Assembly (NCBI GenBank): GCA_010093815.1
Contig: ML996567.1
Direction: 5' to 3' (one strand)
DNA: 64,000 bases
DNA from: Pseudovirgaria hyperparasitica
Lineage: Eukaryota
The stretch's first letter is position 1. The number at the start of each line of letters is the position of its first letter. Positions 51,607 to 64,000 of this stretch are shown here, piece after piece. Both the position numbers and the translations under genes were made by a program. The notes under the pieces are model-generated. The model had not been told where the DNA came from. It did not search any database and worked only from the letters and a program-made list of their open reading frames with translations.

Positions 51607-52379
51607 GCAAGCCCTCAACCTTTTGTTCCCTCTTGATGTATCCTCTTCTACGATCTAACGCCAACGTTTCCCTCGAAGCGTAGGCGTACTGTGTGATATC
51701 CTCTTTGATGACTCCTGGGCTGGGCTGGGCGGGCTGGGCTGGAACGGTTTGGAGGAGAGATGTGCTTATTTACGACTCGTGTCTCTGGGCCAAAGACGCG
51801 TCGTCATGGTTTCTTATTGTTGGCATTACAGCAACGCTGGATTTTGTTTAACGACGCGTCCCGGTTTGGTTATGATGGGCGGGCAAAGGCGTTATGGGCG
51901 CAGTGGAGACGAGGCTGATGGCTTAGGCTCGTGGATGCCGTGGTCGCCATGTGTGATGTATGACTGCGTGAGCCTTGAGCAGTACTGTGCATATATCTGA
52001 GGCAGTAATGAATGCTTCATTATTTCAAAACGCTGTGCTGTTTTGTTTTGTTTTGCCACTACTTTTATTCCTAATTATCTCATAATCTCAATCGCCTCGT
52101 CATAAAGACTGGAAAATTGATTTCTAATGCGATATCACTGTGTGGTCGTGAGATACCACTCACGGTCCACCGCGTTGTTTTGAATTTCCTACCAAAGTGT
52201 TCCAAATCGGGCCTTAGTGCGGCACTTGATGCGATGCTCCACTTTCCTGCTATGGTTAGACTGGTGCTGAAGAGGGTAAGGTACGGTCCTACTACAATAC
52301 AGTACCTTGCACTTGAACCCAACCCTGTTTCCATAGCCGTTCATTAATACCTGAGAATATATGACGGCTCAAGGGGAGT

Positions 52380-53000
52380 CAGTAGAGTACTACATACATG
52401 ACACCTATATATTCCATCTAGCCGCAATCTAAAATAGTAGCAAGACACGTGTTATTAGAATAGCTTCTCTATTTAGTTCCTACAATAAGCGGGATATTAC
52501 ACTATGTTTACGTTTAAATCAGCAATCGAGTACATAATATATATTATAGTGAAGTCTAATTCGTAGCCTTTATATAGACAGGGGTTTACTTGGGGAAAAG
52601 AGCTATACTTATAGAAGTATAAACAGAGGAGATGAGAGGCTATGACTTAAAGCAACCAGAGTTAAGGGAAGAGAGGCAGGCAGAACAGAAATATAGTATT
52701 TTCCTACTATGAGGGCCAAGGATCAAGAAAACGCAAGCTATGAAGTGCTAAGCGGAGGGAAAGACGGTATATCCTTCCAAGTAGGATAGAGGGTGGAGAG
52801 AATATAAGCTGGATCCGGAGTAATCTAGATATAACTACCTACACCTACTTGCACGGCTTACGGGTTAGAGATATATACTACTGGACATTTACATTAAAGT
52901 AGAAGAGTAGAGCTAGAAGAGATATCACCACCTCCTAGCTCCATTTAAACTATCACGACTTGCATAATTTCACTCCACGTATCTTACTATACATATGCCA
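52380..53000. other. Mildly RIP-like, TpA-rich degenerate sequence between convergent H1 and MED14
   Basis: Stop-rich, TA-enriched and purine-skewed; no ORF of 60 aa or more. Confidence 0.35.
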
Positions 53001-54329
53001 CAACCCACACGTTTTCTTTCAAAACCAACACCCATATACGCGAAGAATAAAAGGCTCTACACATCCACACCCTCGAACAAATGTATGACGGGGCCATAAC
53101 CAGTCCAAATCTAGGGGCCCTTGCATTCGAAAGATACGCAAGTCAATATACCAACGCTTCCGGCATAATCCAATCACAATCACGATACCACCCATGTCCC
53201 TTCTAGATATCTCAATTTCCTATTCTTCCAATTTTCTTGTATTCTTCGTCTACATGTATAGCCTTGTACCGGGCGTTGGGACGGGGGACCATTCAAGGAA
53301 TACATAGAATGGAATCGAATTATGCACTTGGCTGAGTCGTGGGAGTTTCGTATGCGAGAATGGTGGATACGTACCTGTATAAACTGTATCTATCTATCCA
53401 CCCACCAGAAAACCCACCAACACACCACCAGCACCGCAACTATCCAGATCCCCACACTTAAAAAAACATATCTCATTCCCATACGCATATAATCCTCACG
53501 TCTTCCACGTACACGCTTTGTAGACGACGCGTAAAATGCCATGCCTGATATTTTGCCGCTGGAAGGGCGTTCCCTTTTCTTTTACGGCCGGGGGAGGGGG
53601 GAAAGGACTACAAGGATGAGGATGAGCAAGCGCCAGAATCAACAGCGGAACACAGTCGGGAAACAGGATGATGGATGACGGGATCAGGGGGTAGAAACAG
53701 TATGATGGGGTTGAGGGCGGGATGTTGAGAGTGTATACATGTTGCATGCACACCACGGTGAAAGGAGAGATGGCGAGGAAGAGATAAAGAGAAACAGTTT
53801 ACAATCTGACAGCAAGCACACCTTGCCGTCTGTCTAGGCGAATCTAAGCCGGCACGGACCGGAGTGGGAGCGCAATCCACGTTTTATATCACGACACGAA
53901 AACGTAGCTCTCAAACACAAGCACGTCGACCCTCATTCCAGTATCTTATTTCATTCCTTTCACAGTAGCTACTACCCTCCGACAGACAGAAGCCTGCCAC
54001 CATGTCCGCGTATGCTAAGCTAACCCTCCGTCTTCTCTCTGTATATAGGAAGGAAGGCACCTATCGTCAAAGAACCCCAGTATCACCACAAGTACAAGAA
54101 ATTAGTCTTGTTTAGCGACCGAACCAACGCCGTGTCTGACACGCAACCCCCCCCTTTGAACAAACCAAAGAGGGTAGAACGAGGCCACACCCATTGGATA
54201 TCCGCACGCGAGAGACGCAGCAAAGTCATGGCAAGGAGCCGCCCATCCATAAGAAGACAAGAAGAGAATGTATGGATTAGAAATAGTACGAATGTTGTAA
54301 GAGGTGCCGCGGCAAGGAGGATTTTGTTT

Positions 54330-57300
54330 TCAGTCCAAGGTGATGACCTCAGGTGGCGGTTTTTGATTGTGTCTCGAGCCTTGCATTTGGGCCTGCGGCG
54401 CTCGACCTTGTTGCATACCTTGGTTTGGAGCGAAACCAAGCCTATTCTGAATATTTGGACGCTGCTGCATATTGGACCTGTTCATGTTCTGGCCTGGTCG
54501 CGGTACTTGCTGATTCGCTAGTTGAGGTGGACGCAGATGTTGCTGTTGGTGCAGCTGCGGCTGCTGGGATGACGACGTGGGCCTTGATCTACTGGCCTGT
54601 TGAACAGTATTGGACTCGGTCGTTGTAGTCGAGCCGATCTCTTGTCGACAGCCTCTGACCACCTCATCTAGACGGATGAGTGCAGCTTCGATGCTGGACA
54701 CTGGAGCGATAATACCGGAATTTATGCCCTCCCAGCCATCAGCTCGCGCACGCCAGAGTAGCCTTAGAGCCGTGGCAAGGCACTCATCCCGTATGAACTG
54801 ACGTGCGGGATTCGTACCAAGCGGAGGGGTATCTCTTTCGTATGGGGGTCGGTCGTCACTCTTCTTCGTGATATTGTCGGCAATATGCCAAACAGTTCTG
54901 TTGTCGTGAACGCGAAGACAGACATCGAAAGAGCACGTTGGATTAGGCGGTGAGTAGACGATCCGATGCCAGGTTTCCGATCGCGATTCGAAGGTAGGAG
55001 GGGGGAACATAGTGAATGGGGGTTCAGAGACGATGGATTCGATCAAACCGAAAGCACGAGTGAGAGGCGAGGTGCTGAGAAGATTTTGGGTAAATAGAGG
55101 CAATGACCGGGTCGGCGGTATCGCAGGATTGTTGAGGCTTTCCGTCAAAAGTGGACGAAGGCGATATTGTGGATTTTTTGGATCCAGTTCCAGAGCGATC
55201 TTACCTGACTTGTGGTCTGGAAGCCTAATGGTCGCCTTGAGCGACCTGACCTTGTTGTAGGTAAATGCGACAGATGAGAGACTAATTTCAGAAGGTCGAC
55301 AGATTCCGCGATCACGAAGTGCATCAACCAACACTCGGAGGCGGTAGATACTGGCCAAGCGCTCCAAAAGTGCGTCCACACATGATTCAGCAAACGGACA
55401 GCGTACCCAAGTCTTGAATCCACCGTTCTGGTCGAAATGAACGCGACGGTCCGGAGCTGCACGTATACGCCCTAGGTGAGCGCCAGCATTGGTCCGAAGG
55501 CAAGCTTGGAAAACATGGTATAGCTTGCCCTGCCGAGTAACAAAACCGACATGCGATAATCTCAAAACAGCATGTCGTAGATCGGCTGGAAGCTGGACTG
55601 TGGGAACAATCTTGGCGAGCAGCCTGGAGGCTCGAATACACAGCATGTCTGCCATATATCTACCATTATTGGTGACCGCTTCCTGGTTAGACCATTCATG
55701 GGGAACATCCCTATCTCTGAGATGACGTTCGCATACAGCTGTGCCTATGGCCGCCACGATCTCGGACTCCAACTGTCGGAGAAAGCTCTGGTCTACAGGC
55801 GCTGAAGTGCTTCCAGGTCGTCGTGAAAGCATCTTCATCACCTTTCGAATTGACCCGCCAGTTATCCATTCGTCGATTTCGACAGCCCACCAGCTTTCTC
55901 CAGCAAGGTCGATGACAAGTGCAACCATCCACTTTGAGGTCCATGAAGGTACGCGGAAGAATGTCGACTGAAGTATCTTCTTTGCGTTGAAGGCTTTATG
56001 CAGGTCCTCCGATCTGATGCGCAGGTGAAGGGCTATTTCCCATCCGAATTGGACAGCTTGTTTCTCGTCATGGCTTCTGAGGCTGAGTGCAAGAAGTCGT
56101 TTGATTTTCTCTGCAGCATGCTCACAGGGGTTGGGATCGTTGTTCAGCTCAGCCTCAATCCTTGTTGATTCGATGCTTGGGGGTTTGAAAGCAAAGCGAC
56201 CTGTTATCGGCTCAATTACGAGTTCGACAGCATTGCTTTGTTTCGCGAGGGTGACTCGTAAGTAGGAGTTGGATGCATCAGCATCATCCAAGCATAGCTT
56301 GCTTGCCAGTGTGGAACCAACTGGGATTTCGCTCTCAAGGTGGCTGAGAATTCTCTCAAAGATGTGACAGATATGGCTGGAAATAATTCGCTGCAGGATT
56401 CTTTCCATCGACAGAGAGGACCAATCTATATGAAGATCCTGCACCGTCTGGACCTCTTTCGAGTTCCTCATCCATCTTATGGTCAACGCGGGTGGTTCGG
56501 GATCTCTTTTGAACCATCGTTTCTTGGAAGGCTGACTACTCGACACGCCAATTTCGAACCAGTTTTTACTCCCAGGTGATTCAATCCAGTACTGCACGAT
56601 AAGCATTCGTCGCACCATCTCTACCCGTAAAGCGTTCGCATAAGTATCCATGGCCAATTGAACAGCCTGCCGTTTCAAGGTTTGGATTTTGAGGGTCAAG
56701 CAAAAGTTGTGCAGATATTCGTAGCATCCCACAAGGCCGGAAGATGCTAGGAGGCTGTTCATTTCCGGCTCAAGTCCAGCAAGAAATCGTCCGTCAGGGA
56801 TCTCGATTTGCGGCGTGAAAGTGAAACGAAGATCGATAAAGTAGAATGGTGATTCATGGTTGTCGTCCTGAACTGAAACATCAAGTTCGAATTCGCCCGG
56901 TATATTGAATGTAACACGCCCATTTTTGATACTATATGTGCGCAAAGTCCTAGGTAGATCTTCGTGTAGATTGATGCGAATAGAGAGGTCTGTGTTAGTG
57001 CGTCTCAATAATTTGAGAATGTCCTCCGGGGTCATGGGTTCTGGCGGAATGAAACCAAACTGTATTCTGTTAGCGTTCAAGAAGTGTGAAAGGCAACGCT
57101 TCGTCTTACATCTGGTAGCCATGAGGCCTTTCCTGTGGAGAGGACCTCGAGAGCGGTGCGAATATCTGGATTTGGTTCCTTCCATCGGTCGCTGTTATAC
57201 CTTTGTTGCCCAATCCACCACGCAGCTTGATTGGGATGTTCGTCAGACTCAAGAATCCAAGCCCACAGGTCAATCAACCTTCGGAGTGCATCATTCTTTG

Positions 57301-57739
57301 GCGTCCATTTCCAGATGACAAGCAACTTAGTAAACATGTCCCGATGTGATTGTGCAAACTCCAATATTTTTAGTTTCTTGCTTTGATCCACACTCGTAGA
57401 TGATGAAGCGCCATTATTCATATGGCCGTGGACACCATTCGTCGTGCTGGCGCCAGGCGTCATGCGCGCCAGGTCTTCGGTTAGATCTTGCATATCTTTC
57501 CAGCATTTTTCAGTCTCTCTTCCTAGAAGCTTGCCGACAGAGTAGAGGCCTTCGGTGATGTGACGTAATTCGGGAGGTAGGTCAAGTATGGAGGGTTGCT
57601 TCAAGCTGGACGTTGAAGGCGCCGACGGCGCTGAAGCTTGCACCTGCACACCATTTGTAGTGGTCATGACCTCTTTACCCTTCTTTTCCGCTGGCGCAAC
57701 ATCTTCAGGGCCATCGTCTCCGTCCATCATCAGTGGCAT
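54330..57739 (-). CDS. MED14: Mediator subunit Med14/Rgr1, 1 intron
   Basis: KKLKILEFAQSHRDMFTKLLV, PNPDIRTALEVLSTG, YSIKNGRVTFNIPGEFELDVS; Gln-rich tail ending EVITLD. Confidence 0.92.
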
Positions 57740-58792
57740 GTCCTTGTTTCCTCCGCTGGCATCACCTCTCGCCCACCCCGGCCCTTCCGCCCCGTTCGAA
57801 TCAGCAGACTGTATCTTGCCGATGTTCTGGCTAAGCAGTCATAGAAAAACAGTGAAGAGTGGTGTGAGAAGTAGGTGACGCGGTATTTTTTGCGGATGAA
57901 GTCGATGCGTAGTGGTGGCAGGACAAGGCTAGTGACGGTCGCGCGCGAAGAAGGTAGGTGGAAAGGATTGCTGCCCAGATATGCGCGGAACGAGTAGATA
58001 GTGGAAGTTGCGGCGCAAGGAGTCTGAGAAGAGGAACGGTGGGGAGGAAGTGGAGAGGAGGGTGGTGAAGAGTCTCGGAAGAGAGAGTGAGAGAGGGTGA
58101 GAGGGTGAGTGTGTTGATGATGTAGGTGATTGTTACAGGTAGAGGGCGATGAATGGAACACACCTCGCTCATCCAGAAGTCTTGGCAAGGCACTTGGAGC
58201 GTTTAGGTAATAATTTTGAATAGTACCTAATTAATAAGGCATTCAGTATACATCTAAAACGAACACGACCACACACCCACCTCCAAGCGAAACAAACACG
58301 AGTCAAGCACTTCCCATTGTTTCACGACAAGGATTGAACGTTTCTTCTGAACCAGGTACTGATCCGATAAGACGATAGTGTGTTCGTCGTAGTGGCACAT
58401 TGCGGCGATACGGTATGTAAGCAAGAAGAAGAATTCCTAATATCATGCCGCGCAGATTTCGATGCAACAAGCAAGTCTATCCATTGCATGACAAGAAGGA
58501 GGTTTTAATATGGGTTCTGTGCTGGTTACAATGCAGCTACGCCCGCACTGTACACCACCACCGACTTGGTCTTGGTGAGAGATGGCAGGATGATCTCTCA
58601 GTCATTCAATGACCAAGAGGAAGACAGAGCTGGTAGCTTGACGGCGCTTCCACGGCGATGCAGGCATACCTCATCTCTCTCCAACCTCGTAGCTACCAGC
58701 TTTGTGCTCGACTACGATGTCAGACAGGGCAGATTGAGAAGCCAAGTCAAACGATGGATGTTTGTCGGGTGGATGGAGTAAGGAAGAAGAGC

Positions 58793-58828
58793 GTGACGAT
58801 GGTGACAATGGTGACAATGGTGACAATG
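58793..58828. repeat. 9-bp tandem repeat (GTGACAATG) x4
   Basis: Four adjacent copies, the first with one mismatch. Confidence 0.9.
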
Positions 58829-59316
58829 GCTGTGAAGAGGACGAGGAAGACGCTACGCACGGCAGCAGATCCATGGATTGCCATGATGCCATCAAACCCA
58901 CCTGCAACACTGCAGAGTCCAACGTCAAATAGACGATAAGTAGCTAGATAGATCATCATGGTTAAGCTCTCCTGCTCTAACGTTATCCGTATCCAGCAGA
59001 CCAGAGAGACCCACCTCCCCCGGTCAAGTGCTCATGGGAACAATCTCCAACTTATCTCCCACCTGCACCTCCTCATCTCTTTTTCTTCTCGTCGTTGTCG
59101 TCGCAAGGCTCTCTTTCTTACAGGCAGCTGGGCTGACTTGGGACTCCCTTTTGTTGGAATCATATGCAGCCTTGCCGTCATGTTACGACGTTTTTGCTAC
59201 TCTGCTGACTGCTTGAGACTCTGATCCCTCAGGGTCCAAGCTACCTACCTACGCGTACCTAGGGAGGGAGGGTAATACGGTAATAGTACCAGCTTTGGTA
59301 CCTCAGGTTAGCAGTT

Positions 59317-61454
59317 ATGCCGCCAAATGCTCCCTCGCCCGAGCCCACCTCAGCTTACCTACAACTCCCCACCTCTCCAAACTCAAAGCGCCTCTCTCGC
59401 TCGCCCTCATCCTTCATCTCATCCAGCTATTCTGCTGACGATGAGCATTCGAGCCTCGAAGATCACACCATGCCTGCTGTGGCCCGGTATGAAGGTGAAG
59501 ACACCCGTCTCACCAGCAGGAAAGAGCTAGCTGGCTTCTACATGTATGGCTGGGCTGCTGAGGTACGCGCTCTACTACCTACCTAACATCCACGAGTCTA
59601 TTCAACTTCCCTTTGACACTTCGATATACTCACTTACTCCTCAATAGGTCTTCGTAGTGTGCGGCGTTGGCTCCTTCATTCCAATCACATTGGAACAACT
59701 GGCTCGCGAAAACGGCGTCCTCTTGTCGGATCGGAAGACACCATGTGGTGCTGCCAAATCGACATTACCTCCTGCAACATTCTCGCAATCTCCAAGACAC
59801 GAATCAGCACAATGCATAATCAACATTATGGGCACCGAAATCAATACAGCCAGCTTCGCCATGTACACATTTTCCCTCAGCGTCCTCGTACAAGCCTTGT
59901 TGATCATATCCATGTCTGGCGCTGCTGACCACGGCCATTACCGCAAGACCTTCCTCTTGGTTTTTGCTTTTATAGGCTCGATTGCTACGATGCTCTTCAT
60001 CACTATAATTCCACGTCTATACCTCCTGGCTGCCGTTCTTGCTATAGTAGCTAATACGTGTTTTGGGGCATCATTCGTTCTGCTGAACTCCTTCCTACCA
60101 GTCCTAGTGCGAAACCACCCTACTGTGCAGTATGCTGGAGCGCACGTCGATGAACCCCTGATTGACGAAGATGGGCTGCTGACTCGAGAGGGGTCCATCA
60201 TTGTGGACGCCCAGGTCTCGAACAGCATGTGTGACGACGAATCCTTCTTCGAAGGGCTTGCTGATTCGACCTCACTCCTAGTTGGCGGTGCTACCTCTGC
60301 TGTCGATCTTACGGTACCTAATCCGATCACACGGTCAACCGACTCTGTAGAGCTCCGTTTGTCGACCAAGATTTCATCTTATGGCATAGGGATTGGTTAT
60401 ATTGCCGCTGTAATTGTACAGGTTCTAGCCGTATTCATCGTGCAGATTGTTGGGCCTAAATCAACAATCTCGCTGCAGCTCGCCTTATTTCTAATAGGCG
60501 CCTGGTGGTTCCTGTTTACCTTTCCAACCGCATTCTGGCTACGACCTCGACCCGGTCCACCCCTTGGTCGGGACTTCGCAACAAGCAGGGAAGCTTTCGT
60601 CGCCTACTTCACCTATTCCTGGTCATCACTCGGCAAGACGGCAAGGAAAGCGCGTAAATTGAAGGACGTCGTGCTCTTTCTCACCGCATGGTTTCTGCTA
60701 AGCGACAGCATTGCAACAGTAGGTGGCACGGCTGTACTTTTCGCAAAGACGTCGCTGGAAATGACATCGACAGCACTTGCCTTGATTAGCGTTATCGGGA
60801 CCTTGTCCGGCGTCATAGGTGCTTTCACGTGGACGAAACTCTCTTCGTTGTTGAGTTTGCGACCAACACAGACTATAATCTTGTGCCTCTGTATATTTCT
60901 GCTCATTCCGCTTTATGGACTTCTTTCATATATACCTGTCATACAGAGACTTGGTGTCCTTGGCCTTCAGCAGGACTGGGAGATGTATCCGGTTGGCGCT
61001 GTGTACGGCTTCGCGCTTGGAGGCTTCTCATCGTACTGTAGAAGTCTGTTTGGTGAACTTATTCCGCCAGGATATGAAGCCGCCTTCTATGCGCTATACG
61101 CAATCACAGATAAAGGAAGTAGTATCTTTGGACCGGCTGTAGTAGGAGCGATCACTGACGCCACTGGTGAGATACGGCCAGTAAGTGATGGATACTCTTC
61201 ATGATATCGCTATATACTAACACATGAAGGCATTCTTCTTCCTTGCAGCCATGATAGCATCAACCTTCCCTTTCATATTGCTGGTTGACGTGCAACGCGG
61301 TCGAAGAGACGGATCTGCTATGGCAAACGAACTACTGAATAAAGGGGAGGACGAGCGATGGTCTACATATGTTGGCAATAGTGATAGGAACGAGACTGAC
61401 TCGCAAAGTCAGCCCTATGTTGATTATGGCACACTTTCGAACGACGAGTCGTAA
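59317..61454 (+). CDS. ATG22: Vacuolar amino-acid effluxer Atg22 (MFS), 2 introns
   Basis: [72 protein letters not shown]. Confidence 0.96.
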
Positions 61455-62063
61455 GCAATATTAAACGTTGAACATCTCTTGTCGCTGCCATGACAAGGTG
61501 CCTGCGACCGTGCGCACGCCGCAAATCAGTTCCAAGCAAGCATCAATAGAGGTCAGATCTACTTGCTGGCAATGTCTGATACGAGGAACATGCGCCGAAC
61601 AGGAAATACTCTTAACTTGATTGTTTCCGTCGAACTCTGTAGTAAACGATGGGTGATAAGCCTATAGTGCCTATCGTATCTTGCGCTCTGCGCGCAGCGT
61701 ACCGTGCTTGATCAATGCCGCGGGAGATATGACCACCTATGCTTGAATATATGAAGACTGTTGATAGGCGTATCAAGCTGTTACCCCACGTGAGATGACA
61801 TGCGGTCTGATGCTTTGGAATACATATGCACCGTCGGAGACAAGAACACCGTGGCTTTTCTCGATTGTACCCTCGTTAAAAGTCAGAAGCTCTAGCGGGA
61901 TATAGTACTTGAGGCTATGGCTCTGATAAATGAATAAATATAGTATCGGCTAGTCAATTAGGTCAGACGGTTCCATTCCTGCAGCGACCAGGATGCCCGT
62001 GGTTTTAAACCCTTTGACCCTTGGGTGGCGGTACAAGTAAGCGGGGCTTTGTAAGGAAACGGC

Positions 62064-62108
62064 CCAATCAGGTCAAAGTCCTGCTCTGAAGACACCGTGG
62101 ACACATTG
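62064..62108. promoter_or_regulatory. Candidate CCAAT box and UPRE-like elements upstream of PDI1
   Basis: CCAAT at 62064; minus-strand CACGGTGTCT (62090-62099) and CAATGTGTCC (62099-62108) resemble Hac1/HacA CANNNTGT elements. Confidence 0.45.
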
Positions 62109-62295
62109 ATCAGCTCGCCTCTACAAAAGCTCTACTGTTCTGTGAAGCTTCACCATTTCCTCCCCATTCATACTCCCTCCCTCCTCAATCCTCTCTCCCA
62201 TATAGCCTCATCTCCTGATCGCCCTGTGACTTTGTCAGTCCGCTGCGATCACTTCCTTTATCCTCCTCTACTTCACTTCACGCGTACACACCACC

Positions 62296-63975
62296 ATGCG
62301 TGGCTTGTCAAACGTCGCCTTCGGCCTGGCTGCTGCCGCCGTTGCCGCAGCTTCAGATGTTCACGACTTGAAGCAGGATACCTTCAAGACCTTTGTCGAG
62401 GAGAATGATCTTGTTCTTGCAGAGTGTATGTGCCTGGTAGTTCTGGTAATTCCGAATTCAGCTAATTGGAATAGTCTTCGCTCCCTGGTGTGGGCATTGC
62501 AAGGCGCTTGCCCCTGAATATGAAGATGCCGCCACACAACTCAAGGAGAAGGATATTCCACTAGTCAAGGTTGACTGCACAGAAGAGGTAGACCTCTGCA
62601 AGTCATACGGCGTCGAGGGATACCCAACTCTCAAGGTCTTCCGTGGACCAGAGAGCATTACCGCCTACCAGGGCGCACGGAAGGCGGACGCGTGAGTTAT
62701 TTTGCTACCACTCAAACTAAGAAATTGCTCGCTAACTCATTGACCAGCATCGTCTCCTACATGACCAAGCAAGCTCTACCTGCCGTCTCAGATATCACCA
62801 AGGAAACAATCGAAGACTTCAAGATTGCCGACAAGGTTGTCCTAGTCGGGTTCTTCGCCGCCGACGACAAGGCCTCAAACGAGACATTCACATCCGTCGC
62901 CGATAGTCTCCGTGATGACTATCTTTTCGGCGCATCTAGCGACGCTGCCTTGGCTGAGGCCGAGGGTGTCACACAGCCCGCCATTGTTCTTTACAAGACC
63001 TTCGACGAGGGCAAGAACACATTCACTGAAGCTTTCGAGAAGGAGGCCATCGAGGCTTTCACTAAGACATCAGCGACCCCTCTGATTGGTGAGGTCGGCC
63101 CCGAGACTTACGCAGGATACATGGCCGCTGGTCTACCCCTCGCGTACGTCTTCGCTGAGACCCCAGAGGAGCGTGAAGAACTTTCCAAGGAGCTCAAGGA
63201 GGTTGCCGAGAAGCACAAGGGTGTTGTCAACTTCGCTACCATCGACGCCAAGGCCTTCGGCCAACACGCTGGTAACCTGAACTTGGAGGTTGGCAAGTGG
63301 CCCGCCTTCGCCATCCAGAAGACAGACAAGAACGAGAAGTTCCCCTTTGACCAAGACAAGAAGATCACCAAGAAGGAGATTGGCGAGTTCGTCGATCAGT
63401 TTGTTGCTGGTAAGGTCGAGGCCAGCATTAAGTCGGAGCCAATTCCTGAATCCCAGGACGGTCCAGTTACCGTCATCGTTGCCCACAACTACAATGACAT
63501 CGTTCTCGATGACAAGAAGGATGTCCTCGTTGAATTCTACGCCCCATGGTGCGGTCACTGCAAAGCTCTTGCTCCCAAGTACGAGGAGCTTGCTGCTCTG
63601 TACTGGAACGATCACGCTGACCAGGTTGTCGTCGCTAAGGTTGACGCTACCGCCAACGATGTCCCTGATGAGATTCAAGGCTTTCCCACCATCAAGCTTT
63701 TCCCTGCTGGCAAGAAGGACTCCCCTATTGACTACTCTGGCTCCCGTACTATCGAAGACCTTGCCACCTTCATCAAGGAGAATGGTTCTCACAAGGTCGA
63801 CGCTTATGTTGCACCACCTGAGGAGGAGGTCGATGAGGATATGCCCTCGCAAGCTCCAGCCGCCACCGAGGATGAGGAGGGTGTGGCTGACAAGATCAAG
63901 AGTGCCGTCAAGGATGCCGCCGAAGCCGCTGCGTCCGTCATCAGTGACGACGAGGGTGTCCACGACGAGCTGTAA
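62296..63975 (+). CDS. PDI1: Protein disulfide isomerase, 2 introns
   Basis: Signal peptide, two APWCGHCK active sites, C-terminal HDEL. Confidence 0.98.
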
Positions 63976-64000
63976 AATATTTTCTGCACATAAAAGAAAT

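Noticed and set aside
54020..54027. CTAACCCT as a telomerase RNA template
   Set aside because: Only 8 nt, and no other telomerase RNA features are recognisable.
6331..61454. Autophagy or histone 'cluster' (ATG4, GRH1, ATG22; H2A/H2B and H1)
   Set aside because: The genes are tens of kb apart and interspersed with unrelated housekeeping genes.
63133..63963. 276-aa ORF antisense to PDI1
   Set aside because: Codon-bias antisense shadow.

Overview
A gene-dense, intron-rich filamentous ascomycete (Pezizomycotina) chromosomal segment; Eurotiomycete-like by inference. I can build 26 protein-coding genes by hand, almost all conserved housekeeping genes: KGD2, NDUFB9-like, H2A/H2B pair, ATG4, SQS1, spastin/SAP1-like AAA ATPase, an atypical kinase, MRS3/4, SLM5, DUF2263 PARG-like, COA6, SYS1, TFC4, Asp/Sha1, PHO84, TGS1, GRH1, RRP6, MDM35, ELYS-like, GH17 glucanase, histone H1, MED14, ATG22 and PDI1. 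AT/TpA-rich RIP-like relics lie at 1-830, about 11050-11960 and about 52380-53000. I found no tRNA, rRNA, CRISPR array or intact transposon, and no clearly new multi-gene system. The best leads are cis-level: two frame-required GC-AG introns in the head-to-head KGD2/NDUFB9 pair; a frame-critical GAG acceptor just behind a TAG in RRP6; exact motifs shared by the H2A and H2B 3' regions; a chromodomain-like segment in SQS1; and a divergent catalytic signature in the PARG-like gene. Gene identities come from recalled family motifs, not database searches.
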